NCBI GenBank assembly: GCA_963795085.1
Contig: CAWCFX010000006.1
Location: 480,001 to 544,000 of the forward strand
Source of the DNA: an uncultured Gemmatimonadales bacterium
Lineage (GTDB): Bacteria; Gemmatimonadota; Gemmatimonadetes; Gemmatimonadales; GWC2-71-9
Direction: 5' to 3'
DNA length: 64,000 nt
The notes below the pieces were generated by a model, which made no database searches, was not told where the DNA came from, and was given only the letters and a program-made list of their open reading frames with translations. The position numbers and the translations under genes were made by a program. Positions 1 to 8,939 of the stretch are shown here, piece by piece (the first letter of the stretch is position 1; each line of letters starts with the position of its first letter).

Positions 1-1190
1 TGCCGGGGCACCGGGTTCCATAACAGCAGCGACGGGCGGACTCCGGCGGGGTGGTCGCGTGCCCGGTCCGGGTCCGTCACGAAGGCTCCCTGGATGGCCA
101 GACCGGTCACTTCCCGGGCGATACTCTCGACCTCGGTGAGTCGTACGTCCTGTTCCCGCGATACATCGTCACTGGCGCAGCCGCCCAGCGCGTCGTGGAA
201 GTGGCACTGCACCAGCCGCCGGCTGGCCCACTCCAGCAATGGCCGGAGATCGCGCCCTCCGGCCCGCATACTGAGCGCCGCCAGCGGCTCGGCGTACCGC
301 TCCAGCCAGAGCTCAGCCCGGCTGTTCCGCCGTTTCTGATGCGACCGGGTGCCATGCACACCCTGGAGCGCCCAGGTGTAACCATGCTCCCGGAGTTCGC
401 CCTCGCGCACCGGCATCTCGATCCCCCGCGCCGCATGGAGAAAATCTCCCAGCCGGGAGAGCCGTACCTCGGACTCCGGCTCCAGCGCGGCGAGTGCGTC
501 GCGCAGACGGACCAGGTCGGTCCTCGCGGCATGATGATCGGCGCCAATAAACACCGCCACGTGGGATGAGGCCGCGCGCCGGACCAGCGCGCGGCGAACC
601 GGCTCCCAGGCCTCCCGCGCCCGGGCGGAGTCGCTGGCCAGCGCGGACCCGACCTCGTACCCGTCCGGCGGCAGGTGATAGGCGAGAACTTCGGCGCCCC
701 CGGTCCCCCGCCAGCGGAACAGGTCGCGCTCACTCTGCACCCCTCGCCAGAGCACCGCCGAGCCAATGCCGAACTCGGCGGCAAGGGCGGGCAGGACCGC
801 GGGATGGCCGAATGCGTCGGGGGAATAGAGAACCGGGAGGCCCCGGCTGAAGCCCGCGGTGTCCTTCCGGCCGAGCAGAAGGTTCCGCACCAGCGACTCG
901 CCCGAGGGAATCTGTTCGTCGGCCAGCACGTACCAGGGGCCGGTCTCGATCCGGCCCTGCGATACCAGCCGCCCGACCCGCGGGCGTTGCGCGGGGCGGA
1001 CGGCGAGGTAGTCCTCCAGCAGGACAGTCTGCCCGTCGAGGAGAAAACCCGGGATCGCGGGTTCCCGCTCCAGCTGGTCAATGAGATCGTCGAGTACCGG
1101 TACCAGCCGGGCTCCGAAGCGGCCGCGGGGCAGGTACCACTCGCGATCCCAGTGGGTATGGGGAATCAGGTGAAAGGTGTAGCGAGGCAT
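1..1190 (-). CDS. Glycoside hydrolase family 38 alpha-mannosidase (MngB-like), 3' end truncated by window edge
   Basis: Absent from the ORF track, apparently because it has no stop before the window edge. Manual translation from ATG 1190 gives MPRYTFHLIPHTHWDREWYLP...FLLDGQTVLLEDYL...GPWYVLADE...SGESLVRNL...PDAFGH, which are GH38 N-terminal motifs. Confidence 0.9.
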   Translation of the reverse strand, partial: MPRYTFHLIPHTHWDREWYLPRGRFGARLVPVLDDLIDQLEREPAIPGFLLDGQTVLLEDYLAVRPAQRPRVGRLVSQGRIETGPWYVLADEQIPSGESLVRNLLLGRKDTAGFSRGLPVLYSPDAFGHPAVLPALAAEFGIGSAVLWRGVQSERDLFRWRGTGGAEVLAYHLPPDGYEVGSALASDSARAREAWEPVRRALVRRAASSHVAVFIGADHHAARTDLVRLRDALAALEPESEVRLSRLGDFLHAARGIEMPVREGELREHGYTWALQGVHGTRSHQKRRNSRAELWLERYAEPLAALSMRAGGRDLRPLLEWASRRLVQCHFHDALGGCASDDVSREQDVRLTEVESIAREVTGLAIQGAFVTDPDRARDHPAGVRPSLLLWNPVPR

Positions 1191-1220
1191 GGCAGGAAAG
1201 TAACGACCAGCGGAAGGAGT

Positions 1221-1250
1221 GTGCGGTGAGCGGCCATCGGCTCACCGCAC
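1221..1250. terminator. GC-rich hairpin between TPR gene and GH38 gene (terminator or stability hairpin)
   Basis: GTGCGGTGAGC-N8-GCTCACCGCAC forms a perfect 11-bp stem, but there is no clear U-tract on the minus strand. Confidence 0.4.
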
Positions 1251-1256
1251 CCTGGT

Positions 1257-2795
1257 TTACTTCTTCACCGTGTAGCGCCAGCCGATGATGCCCTGGCCGC
1301 TCCCGGCCGCGCTCACCGGGCTGGGCAGTCCCGCCATCAGCACGGGAACCGTGACTTCGGCGGTGCTGACCGGTGTGCCGCCGGCATTGAGGAACTCGAA
1401 CACCAGCACCACGGGCGCCGGGGCAATGGCGGCGCCGTTCCGGGTCGCCTTTCGCCCTGTCGCGGTGCCGCTGATGGTGGCGCCGGTCCCGGTAGGTTGC
1501 AGCTTCACGTCTTCAAAGGAGACGAGCATCGCGTCCAGCTCGTCGGAAAGGGTTTCCAGCTTGGCGCGGTCGTTGAGCCAGAGGTAGCCCTGGATCTGGA
1601 GCCGGCGGGCGCTCTCGCTCAGCGGTTCCAGCGCCACGATCCGGCCGGCCGCGTCGGCGAGCTTCTCCCCGTTCTTGAGGGTGTAATAGGTGGAGGCAAG
1701 GTTCCGGAGCGCGAGCCGGTTGCCGGGCTGGTCCTCCAGCGCCAGCGCGAAATCTTCCGCCGCCCTGGCATGCTCGTTGGCCTGGTAGCGGGCGGCGCCG
1801 CGGTTGATGAGATAGGCGGCGGAGAGCGTGTCCGGCCGGGAGCCCCCCATGCCGGCGGCAGCGCCGGATTCCCGCATGACGGCGTCCGCGCTGTCCACCA
1901 TGCCGGTTTCACGGAAGGCGCTGGCCAGGTATTGCCGGGCCGCCATCAAGTCGGGCCGCCACACCAGGTAGCGGCGGAAAACCGGGATAGCCTCCTGGTA
2001 CCGCTTGCCGTTGTACAGCACCATGCCCAGGTTCATCGCCGCCGTGTTTCGGACGTCGGTATCGCCGGCGGCCTCTGCGGAACGGAGGATCACCGTGTAA
2101 TACGCGACGGCGCTGTCGGTCTGGTCGGTCTGGGCGAAGATGGCGGCAACCCGGGCCCGCGCCATGGTGGCGGCGCGGTCCCCGGCCGGCCCGGCCGAGG
2201 CGGCCTTCCGGTAATAGACGATGGCGCTGTCGGTCTTGCCCTGGGCTTCGAACAGGGAGGCTACCGCGGTGAGGGTGCCGGTCCCGGTGGGATAGATCCG
2301 GGTGGCCAGCCGGTAGATGACCAGCGCGGAATCGTTCTTTTCGGCCTGGAGGAGAAGTCCCGCCGGCTCCTGCAGTGCGGCCGCGGTGGCACGGCGGAAG
2401 GCGAGGATTTCGTCCCCGCAGGCCGGCGCCAGTTTCTCGGCCCGCATGAAGGCCGTATCGGCTCCGATCACGTTGCCATCATACAGGTAGGCGCGCCCCA
2501 GGTAATACCAGGCCGCCGGGTTCTCCGCCTGCCCGTTCTGCGCGATGGCTTCCACCAGGACCCGCTGCGCGTCCACGATCAGCCGCGCGCGGTTGGCCTC
2601 ATTGGTGATGGCGGTGGAGAGGTAGGTGGCGCCGCTGCCGACCTTGAAGTGGCCGGTCTTGATCCCGCAGGCCGCCGGCTCGTAGCGGCCCGGCTGGGCC
2701 GCCATGACCACAGTACGGACGTCGGAGGCCTGGGCGAACAACGGAGCCGGGGTGGCCAGCAGCATGACGAGGGACGAGCGCAGGAGCGCGGGCAT
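1257..2795 (-). CDS. Secreted tetratricopeptide-repeat protein
   Basis: Signal peptide (MPALLRSSLVMLLATPAPLFAQ), TPR-like helices (AWYYLGRAY, NLGMVLY, YLASAF, NRGAARY, NLASTY), a C-terminal beta-rich domain and an AGGAGG RBS. Confidence 0.85.
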   Translation of the reverse strand: MPALLRSSLVMLLATPAPLFAQASDVRTVVMAAQPGRYEPAACGIKTGHFKVGSGATYLSTAITNEANRARLIVDAQRVLVEAIAQNGQAENPAAWYYLGRAYLYDGNVIGADTAFMRAEKLAPACGDEILAFRRATAAALQEPAGLLLQAEKNDSALVIYRLATRIYPTGTGTLTAVASLFEAQGKTDSAIVYYRKAASAGPAGDRAATMARARVAAIFAQTDQTDSAVAYYTVILRSAEAAGDTDVRNTAAMNLGMVLYNGKRYQEAIPVFRRYLVWRPDLMAARQYLASAFRETGMVDSADAVMRESGAAAGMGGSRPDTLSAAYLINRGAARYQANEHARAAEDFALALEDQPGNRLALRNLASTYYTLKNGEKLADAAGRIVALEPLSESARRLQIQGYLWLNDRAKLETLSDELDAMLVSFEDVKLQPTGTGATISGTATGRKATRNGAAIAPAPVVLVFEFLNAGGTPVSTAEVTVPVLMAGLPSPVSAAGSGQGIIGWRYTVKK

Positions 2796-2865
2796 GGATT
2801 CCTCCTGGAGCGTGATTCCCCCATCATAGGGGCGGCTGGGAGGATGCGCTAGGGGAGGGAAATAA

Positions 2866-2954
2866 TGAAGGAATTGAGGGAATTGAGGGAATGGTGGAAT
2901 TGAAATTCAATTCCGTCAATTCCCTCAATTCCCTCAATTCCCTCAATTCCCTCA
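2866..2954. repeat. Inverted 9-bp tandem repeat element (GGGAATTGA units facing TCAATTCCC units)
   Basis: Forward units 2870-2892, central palindrome GGAATTGAA-A-TTCAATTCC at 2896-2914, then about 4 reverse-complement units to 2954. Confidence 0.9.
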
Positions 2955-2962
2955 GTATCTCC

Positions 2963-3046
2963 CTACGGTCTGCGCCGGCTCCAGCCCCAGCCGCCGCCAA
3001 GCAGCAGCACCAGGACGATGATGACGAGCAGGGTAGTCGTGGTCAT
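2963..3046 (-). CDS. 27-aa small membrane protein (DUF3309-like), MTTTTLLVIIVLVLLLGGGWGWSRRRP
   Basis: Manual translation from ATG 3046 to TAG 2963. It has one hydrophobic helix, a Gly/Trp segment and a basic tail, uses GC-ending codons, and starts 15 nt after the upstream gene's stop. Confidence 0.7.
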   Translation of the reverse strand: MTTTTLLVIIVLVLLLGGGWGWSRRRP

Positions 3047-3061
3047 GGTAGCCGAGCCCTT

Positions 3062-3526
3062 CTAGAAGATGGTGATGTTCAGGCCGCCGGCGATCTGGAA
3101 GGACGATCCGTCCCCCAGGGTCAGCCGGCCCTCGATGTACGGATGGACCTTCTGGCCGATCAGAGTTTCCCAGCCCGCAAAGGCATTGGCGCCCACGTCG
3201 GTGTCGTCGAAACCCCCGATGCTGGCCCGGGCGATGGCGAGCCCGCCGCCGACATAGAACCAGTTGTGCTCCTCCCGAAGCTTGTACTTGAGGTCGGCGT
3301 TCAACTGCCACAGCGAGCCGGGGTCCACGAAGTAGTAGTCAAAGGAAGGATAGAACTCCAACTTGCGGGCGACCGGGTAGGAGAACTGGGCTCCGATCCC
3401 GAACTCCTCGACGTCGAAGTTGTACAGCACATGTCCACCGATGTGGGGCCGCTGGGCGTGAGCGGCGCCTGCCAGAAGCGTGGCAAGTCCTAATCCGAGC
3501 CCGATCTGGCGAAAGCGTCGTAACAT
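3062..3526 (-). CDS. Small outer-membrane beta-barrel protein (OmpA-membrane-domain-like)
   Basis: ATG 3526 with AGGAG RBS, a signal peptide ending AHA-Q, alternating aromatic/Gly strands and a C-terminal Phe. Confidence 0.8.
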   Translation of the reverse strand: MLRRFRQIGLGLGLATLLAGAAHAQRPHIGGHVLYNFDVEEFGIGAQFSYPVARKLEFYPSFDYYFVDPGSLWQLNADLKYKLREEHNWFYVGGGLAIARASIGGFDDTDVGANAFAGWETLIGQKVHPYIEGRLTLGDGSSFQIAGGLNITIF

Positions 3527-3611
3527 GGTCAGCTCCTGATGAGTTGCGTTACCTGCATGGTGATGGGAAGATGCGGAGGGGGAGGACCAGGGTATGTGAC
3601 AGGGCACACAA

Positions 3612-3858
3612 AGGGATTGAGGGATGGGGGAATGGGGGAATTGAGGGAATTGAGGGAATTGAGGGAATTGAGGGAATTGAGGGAATTGAGGGAATTGAGG
3701 GAATTGAGGGAATGTTGGAATGTTGGAATGTTGGAATGTTGGAATGTTCTAATTGGGGAATTGGGGGAATGTTGGATTTTGTCCAATTCCCACATTCCCT
3801 CAATTTCCCCATTCCCTCAATTCCCCCATTCCCTCAATTCCCCCATTCCCTCAATTCC
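3612..3858. repeat. Composite inverted short tandem repeat: (GGGAATTGA)x8 + (GGAATGTT)x5 facing ATTCCCTCA/ATTCCCCC units
   Basis: Eight perfect 9-mers at 3636-3707, five 8-mers at 3709-3748, and reverse-complement units at 3785-3858 abutting the DUF58 stop codon. Confidence 0.95.
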
Positions 3859-5201
3859 TACAGCATCCCCCTCCGCTTCAGGTGCGCATACTGCTGCACC
3901 ACGGCTTCCGCGGCCCGCTGGGGAGGCACGTCCAGGATCAGCACCCCCTGTCGGCGCATCTGGGCCAGCGCCTCCTCCCGGGCCTCGAGCAAGGACTCGG
4001 CGGCGGCGCGCTCAAAGGCGTGCTGGATCGTGGCGGGACGGAGGGTGGAGATCGCCTCGAGGGCGGGATCCCGGAGGGTGACGGCCAGCGGCAGGTGCCG
4101 CGGCCGGAGGGAGCCAACCTGGGCGACCAGCGCCTCGCTCGCTGTCTTGTCGATCACGTCGGTGAATACCACGGTCAGGGCGCGTTTCCGGTTCCGGGCG
4201 GCCAGGTGCGCAAAGGCGGCCGGATAGTCCGGCTCCACCACCCGCCCGGTGGCGCCGGCGAGCCCGTCCAGCACCGCGCGCAGTGCCCGGCGGCCCCGCG
4301 CCGGCGCGACGTAGGTCTGCACCACGTCGGCGAACACCATGAGGCCGATGTTGTCGTCATGGGCCACGGCGCTGTGGGCCAGCTGGAGGGCCGCATTAAT
4401 AGCCGATTCCAGCCGGGAGACGCCGTCGCTCTCCGCGGTCATCATCCGGCCGGCGTCAATCACCAGCAGCACCTGCTGGCGCCGCTCGTCTTCGTACTGC
4501 CGGGCCATGACCTTGCCCCGCCTCGCGGTCGCCTTCCAGTCGATGATCCGGGTATCATCGCCGGGCACCCATTCGCGCAGGGTCTCGAACACCCGGCCCT
4601 CCCCCAGCCGCCGGACATTGCGGAACCCGGCCTCCCGGCTCCGCGTCGCCTGGGTGGGCAACGCCCGCATGGAGGCGCCGACCAGGCTGGGATAGACGGT
4701 CGCATCCCACGGCAACGCCTGGCTTGTCTGCCGCCACACCAGCCCCAGGGGGCCACGGACCCGGGAGTGAATCGTGCCCCCGGTCCCCTTGCCGCGATGC
4801 GCCGGCAGGATGGTCAACTGCTCCCGCAGCACCGAGCCGGCCGGAATGATCAGCTTCCGTTTCGGCGCGCCGGAGCCGCCCAGCGGCTCGGGCAACTCCT
4901 CGTTCACCAGTAACGTCGCCGGGCGCCGGCTCCGGTTCTGCCAGGTATAGGACACCGGTAACGCCCGCCCCGCCGAGAAGGCCGGCGGCGCCTCCCGACT
5001 CACCGTGATCTGGCCCGGACCCGGCGCCAGCCCGGCATCCAGCAGCAGCGCGAGAATCCAGGCCGCATCGAGGAGCAGCAGCCAGGCCAGTGCTCCGGGG
5101 ACCAGCAGCCCCGCCAAAGCGACCAGCGAGAGTCCCGCGGCGATGAACAGCCAGCGCCGGGTCGGAATGGGGAGCAGGGCGGTGAAACGCGCGACTGTCA
5201 T
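3858..5201 (-). CDS. DUF58 domain protein (VWA-like, MoxR-associated)
   Basis: N-terminal TM pair, the DUF58 signature FETLREWVPGDDTRIIDWKATARRGKVMARQYEDER, and a position directly after the MoxR gene. Confidence 0.9.
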   Translation of the reverse strand: MTVARFTALLPIPTRRWLFIAAGLSLVALAGLLVPGALAWLLLLDAAWILALLLDAGLAPGPGQITVSREAPPAFSAGRALPVSYTWQNRSRRPATLLVNEELPEPLGGSGAPKRKLIIPAGSVLREQLTILPAHRGKGTGGTIHSRVRGPLGLVWRQTSQALPWDATVYPSLVGASMRALPTQATRSREAGFRNVRRLGEGRVFETLREWVPGDDTRIIDWKATARRGKVMARQYEDERRQQVLLVIDAGRMMTAESDGVSRLESAINAALQLAHSAVAHDDNIGLMVFADVVQTYVAPARGRRALRAVLDGLAGATGRVVEPDYPAAFAHLAARNRKRALTVVFTDVIDKTASEALVAQVGSLRPRHLPLAVTLRDPALEAISTLRPATIQHAFERAAAESLLEAREEALAQMRRQGVLILDVPPQRAAEAVVQQYAHLKRRGML

Positions 5202-6184
5202 GCGGGGCGCGGGATCTCGACTTTCTCGATGATCGTTCCAAGCGCCTGGTCCGGGGTCACCCCTTCCAGTTCAAGCTCCGGCGCCAACGCGATGCGATGC
5301 CGCAGCACCGCGTTGGCCATCAGCTTCACGTCATCGGGGACCACGTAGGCCCGGCCATCCGCCAGCGCGGTTGCCTGGGCCGCCTTGAGCAGCGCCACCG
5401 ACGCGCGAGGCGAGGCCCCCAGGGTGAGGGCCGGAGCGCTCCGGGTGGCGCGCACCAGTCCCGTGATGTACGAGAGAATCGATGGCTCCGCCCGCACCGC
5501 GCGCCCCGCCCGGCGCAGCAGGCCCAGGTCCGCGGCGCCCAGCATGACATCCACGCCGTAGCTTCCCGTGTCGTCGGCTTCGAATCCGCCCAAAACCCGG
5601 CCCAGGATCGCCTGTTCGGTGCCGGCATCCGGATAGTCGAGGACGATCTTGACCAGGAACCGGTCCAGTTCCGCCTCGGGCAGCGGGTAGGTGCCCTCGA
5701 ACTCGATGGGGTTCTGGGTGGCGAAGACGGTGAACGACGACGAGAGCGGATGGGAGGTGCCGTCCACGGTGACACTTCGCTCCTGCATCGCCTCCAGCAG
5801 GGCGGCCTGGGTCTTGGCCGGCGCGCGGTTGATCTCGTCCGCCAGGACCAGGTCGCCGAAGAGCGGCCCCGGCCGGAACGTGAACTGCCCCTGCCCGCTC
5901 AGCAGGTTGATGCCGGTGATGTCGCTCGGCATCAGGTCGGGGGTAAACTGGATCCGGCGGAACTCGAGGCCGAGGATCAGGCTGAGGGTCCGGACCAGCA
6001 GGGTCTTGGCCGTCCCCGGGACACCCTCGAGCAGCACATGGCCCCGGGCGATGAGTGCCACCATCACCTCCCGGAGAACCGCGTCCTGCCCGAGCACCAC
6101 CTGGCCCAGCCGGGCGACCACGGCCCGCGCCATGTCGGCGGCGCGGGTTATCTCGTCTGCGTTGACGGCTTCAGGTCCTGCCAC
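5198..6184 (-). CDS. moxR: MoxR-family AAA+ ATPase
   Basis: GHVLLEGVPGTAKT (Walker A), RIQFTPDLMPSD, LADEINRAPAKTQAALLEAMQE, ATQNPIEFEGTYPLPEAELDRF and GASPRAS. The start is either GTG 6184 or ATG 6133. Confidence 0.93.
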   Translation of the reverse strand: MAGPEAVNADEITRAADMARAVVARLGQVVLGQDAVLREVMVALIARGHVLLEGVPGTAKTLLVRTLSLILGLEFRRIQFTPDLMPSDITGINLLSGQGQFTFRPGPLFGDLVLADEINRAPAKTQAALLEAMQERSVTVDGTSHPLSSSFTVFATQNPIEFEGTYPLPEAELDRFLVKIVLDYPDAGTEQAILGRVLGGFEADDTGSYGVDVMLGAADLGLLRRAGRAVRAEPSILSYITGLVRATRSAPALTLGASPRASVALLKAAQATALADGRAYVVPDDVKLMANAVLRHRIALAPELELEGVTPDQALGTIIEKVEIPRPA

Positions 6185-7380
6185 ACGACCTCCACGGATT
6201 CGGCGGCGCGCAGCACGCTGTCTGAGCCGGGCGCGCCCCTGGTAAGACTGATAAGGGTGTTCACTGCTTCGCGCGACTGCTTGGACCGGGCGTTGCGTTC
6301 CAGGGCGCGGAGCCACGGCTCGACACCAGCCCCCGCGGGCGGGCGGCCCGCCGAGAGCCGGCGCCGGAGCCCACGGATCATCAGGTCGATGGCCACCCGG
6401 GAGCCTTTCGCGGCCGCGAGGGCGGTCGCCAGGGCGCGCACGTGTTCGAGCGGGGAGCGGCGCCGCCGTTCGATGACCCGCCGGGCGGGGCCAAACCGGA
6501 CCGCACCGGCCAGCAGCGCGACCAGCCCCGCGGCCGCCAGTTGCCAGAACATCCAGCCCCAGGGCGAAGTCCGGCTCCAGGCCAGCACCGCAGCGAGCAA
6601 CGATCCCTCGCCGCCGAACCCGTGTTCGTACTCGTCGAAGAGCGCGAGATCGTACCAGCCGGTGATCATCGGGACCGTCGTCAGCCCGGCATCGCTGGCC
6701 CGCATCCGGCCGTTGCTGAACAGGCCGCCATCGGCCACCAGGGTGACACGCCCGCTCTCCTCGTACTCCAGGGCCAGCGCCACCGGCCGGCCGCCGCTGG
6801 TCACCAGCAGCGTATCTACCCGGCTGGCGGCCTGCACCGCGCACTCGTGGGCCAGCCCGGCGGTGAGGTCGAGTGAATCCACCACGAGGCTGTCGGTGAT
6901 GGCGGCCAGCACCAGGTTCCCCGTCCAGGATACCGCCTCGCCGGTTGCCACCTCCTCTGGCCGGAACACCGCGGTGGAGTCGTCGCCGCGGTGGTCCACA
7001 TCGTAGCCGAAGCAGCGCATCGCAGCGGCGGTGGTCCAACCCGCCAGGAGCAGGTCGCCCTGGCCCTCGAAGTACTCGAGCAGATGCTCGGCCTGGGCCC
7101 CGTCCAGCGGCCGGGCCGGATCGAGCAGCACCAGCACTTCCAGGCTGTCCGGTGGGAGATCGACCAGCTTCGCGGTACGGCTCCGGTAGCGTTCGACCCG
7201 CACCCCCTGGGCCTCCAGTACCTCGGCATAGGCCCGGGCGCCGTAGGGGCCGGTGAGCAGGGTCGAACGCCGCGGGTCTTCCGACGGCTTCCGGTTGTGA
7301 CGCGACCCGACGGCCCCGGCCAGGAAGCCGAGGGCCAGCAGCAGCGCGGTGGCCAGCAGGAGCCTAGCCGAGGGCCGCAT
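6148..7380 (-). CDS. DUF4350 domain membrane-anchored protein
   Basis: ATG 7380 (MRPSARLLLA), an N-terminal TM, STLLTGPYGARAY, FDEYEHG before the C-terminal TM, then RFG. It sits in the usual MoxR cluster position. Confidence 0.75.
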   Translation of the reverse strand: MRPSARLLLATALLLALGFLAGAVGSRHNRKPSEDPRRSTLLTGPYGARAYAEVLEAQGVRVERYRSRTAKLVDLPPDSLEVLVLLDPARPLDGAQAEHLLEYFEGQGDLLLAGWTTAAAMRCFGYDVDHRGDDSTAVFRPEEVATGEAVSWTGNLVLAAITDSLVVDSLDLTAGLAHECAVQAASRVDTLLVTSGGRPVALALEYEESGRVTLVADGGLFSNGRMRASDAGLTTVPMITGWYDLALFDEYEHGFGGEGSLLAAVLAWSRTSPWGWMFWQLAAAGLVALLAGAVRFGPARRVIERRRRSPLEHVRALATALAAAKGSRVAIDLMIRGLRRRLSAGRPPAGAGVEPWLRALERNARSKQSREAVNTLISLTRGAPGSDSVLRAAESVEVVWQDLKPSTQTR

Positions 7381-7987
7381 GCCACTCTCCTCCCAGCTGC
7401 CGCTGCCAGTCGCGGTACTGGCCGGCGCTCCCCGGACGGCCGGCGTAGGCGTGGGCATAGAGCTGCCGGACGCTGTCCTCCAGCCGGGCCCGGGAATCCT
7501 CCGCCAGCCTTGCCTCGCGGGCATACTCCCGGGCGGTCTTGCTGGGATGGTAGCGAAGGATGCCCCGGGCATCGAGTCGCAGGACCAGGGCGCTGAACGC
7601 CGCCTGCATCGCTTCCGGGTAGCGGCCCTCGGCGGCCAGCACGTCGGCCAACCGCTGGAACCAGGCGGCATCGCGAACGATCACGGGGGACGGACTCCCG
7701 GCGGGACCTTCGGCGGCGGCGGCGCCGAGCACCGCCTGGTACATGATCCAGCCGCCATGCAGGAAGATGAGCACCAGGATGGCAATGAGCGACCAGAACA
7801 GAACGTCGGCCGCGGCGGGGTTGTTGTCCTTGAGGACGCCGATCCAGTCCACCAGCGCCCGCCAGCCGCGGGCCAGCCACCCCAGTTGAGGCTCGGTCTC
7901 GGTCCACTGGTACGGCGGGGCGCTGAGGACGGTGTCAATCACCGCCCGCAGTGAATCGTCAGTAAGAACCAGGTCCTGGAAGTTCAC
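7364..7987 (-). CDS. DUF4129 domain membrane protein
   Basis: One TM followed by a DUF4129-like tail: EGRYPEAMQAAF...SKTAREY...LYAHAYAG. Confidence 0.75.
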   Translation of the reverse strand: MNFQDLVLTDDSLRAVIDTVLSAPPYQWTETEPQLGWLARGWRALVDWIGVLKDNNPAAADVLFWSLIAILVLIFLHGGWIMYQAVLGAAAAEGPAGSPSPVIVRDAAWFQRLADVLAAEGRYPEAMQAAFSALVLRLDARGILRYHPSKTAREYAREARLAEDSRARLEDSVRQLYAHAYAGRPGSAGQYRDWQRQLGGEWHAALG

Positions 7988-8837
7988 CGATACCAGTCGC
8001 GGGGCCGGAAGGGAGCGTGCGGGCCAGGGAGGACTCGAGCAGTTCGAGGTCGAAACCTTCCTTGCGGACCCGGAGGTCGTAGTATGCCACGGTGAGGGCG
8101 CAATAGAGAAGGGGGTAGATCAGGGTGGAGATAAACTGGCTGGCCAGTTCCCACATGATATCGGCCGTGGAGTAGCCGCCCGGTTGCGGCATGGCCATCC
8201 CGCCGCCCCGGAGCACCATGATCGCGATGGACGGGATCAGGATGATGATCACGACCACCAGCACCAGTCCCAGCATTTTCCAGCGGCTGCCGCGGGTCAG
8301 ATGCCAACTGCGATTGAGCGCCTTGGTCGCGCCGATATCTTCCACCACCAGCGCCGGCGTGGCGACCAGCAGCCCGGTGAAGACCATCACGGCGAGGATC
8401 ATCCCGGGCAGGGAACCGATGGCGATCATGATCTCCGAGCCGGCCGCCAGGCCGGGCAGCAGGGGCGCCAGGACCGCCAGGCCCGCCACCAGCCCCATCA
8501 TCATCGTAAGCAGCACCAGCCGTCCGACGAACCGGCCGGCGAGACGAATGGCCTCTCCTCCCGACATGGTGTTGCCCATGTAGGTCTCCGAGACCAGGAA
8601 GACGGTCGCCGCGGTCGCCAGTGCGCCCAGGACCACGCTCAGGAGGATCACCACGAGATAGAGACCCGCGTTCTCCAGGATTCCGCCGGCCGTCATGAGA
8701 TAGACCATGAGCAGCAGGGGGACCGCGTTCGCCGTCAGGGTAATGACGAGGAGGGGCGCGAATTGCCGCCGGTAGATGGCCAGCGAGTGGTCGATGATCT
8801 CACCGACCCCGAGCGGGCGCAGCATTAGTTCGGCCAT
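7959..8837 (-). CDS. Integral membrane protein (glycerophosphodiester phosphodiesterase membrane-domain-like)
   Basis: ATG 8837. Motifs LRPLGVGEIID, KALNRSWHLTRG and YYDLRVRKEGFDLE, with about 6 TM segments. Confidence 0.75.
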   Translation of the reverse strand: MAELMLRPLGVGEIIDHSLAIYRRQFAPLLVITLTANAVPLLLMVYLMTAGGILENAGLYLVVILLSVVLGALATAATVFLVSETYMGNTMSGGEAIRLAGRFVGRLVLLTMMMGLVAGLAVLAPLLPGLAAGSEIMIAIGSLPGMILAVMVFTGLLVATPALVVEDIGATKALNRSWHLTRGSRWKMLGLVLVVVIIILIPSIAIMVLRGGGMAMPQPGGYSTADIMWELASQFISTLIYPLLYCALTVAYYDLRVRKEGFDLELLESSLARTLPSGPATGIGELPGPGSY

Positions 8838-8939
8838 GGGGCTTCCGGGATAGATGGAGAGGTGCACCAGTTTGGTTCCGGAACAGGAATGGCGCAAGAC
8901 CGGCCTTTCGGGTCCGCCGTCCGTCGGGTAGAATGCCTC

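Noticed and set aside
51..1229. ORF-track calls here, and a possible frameshift in the GH38 gene
   Set aside because: They are shadows of the minus-strand GH38 gene, whose N-terminal motifs read in one continuous frame from ATG 1190.
3612..3858. CRISPR array
   Set aside because: The units are 8-9 bp, contiguous and without unique spacers, and there are no cas genes.
3529..4227. ORFs with ELR/IEG/SLN/IPS peptide repeats
   Set aside because: These are translations of the intergenic DNA repeat in several frames, with no coding signal.
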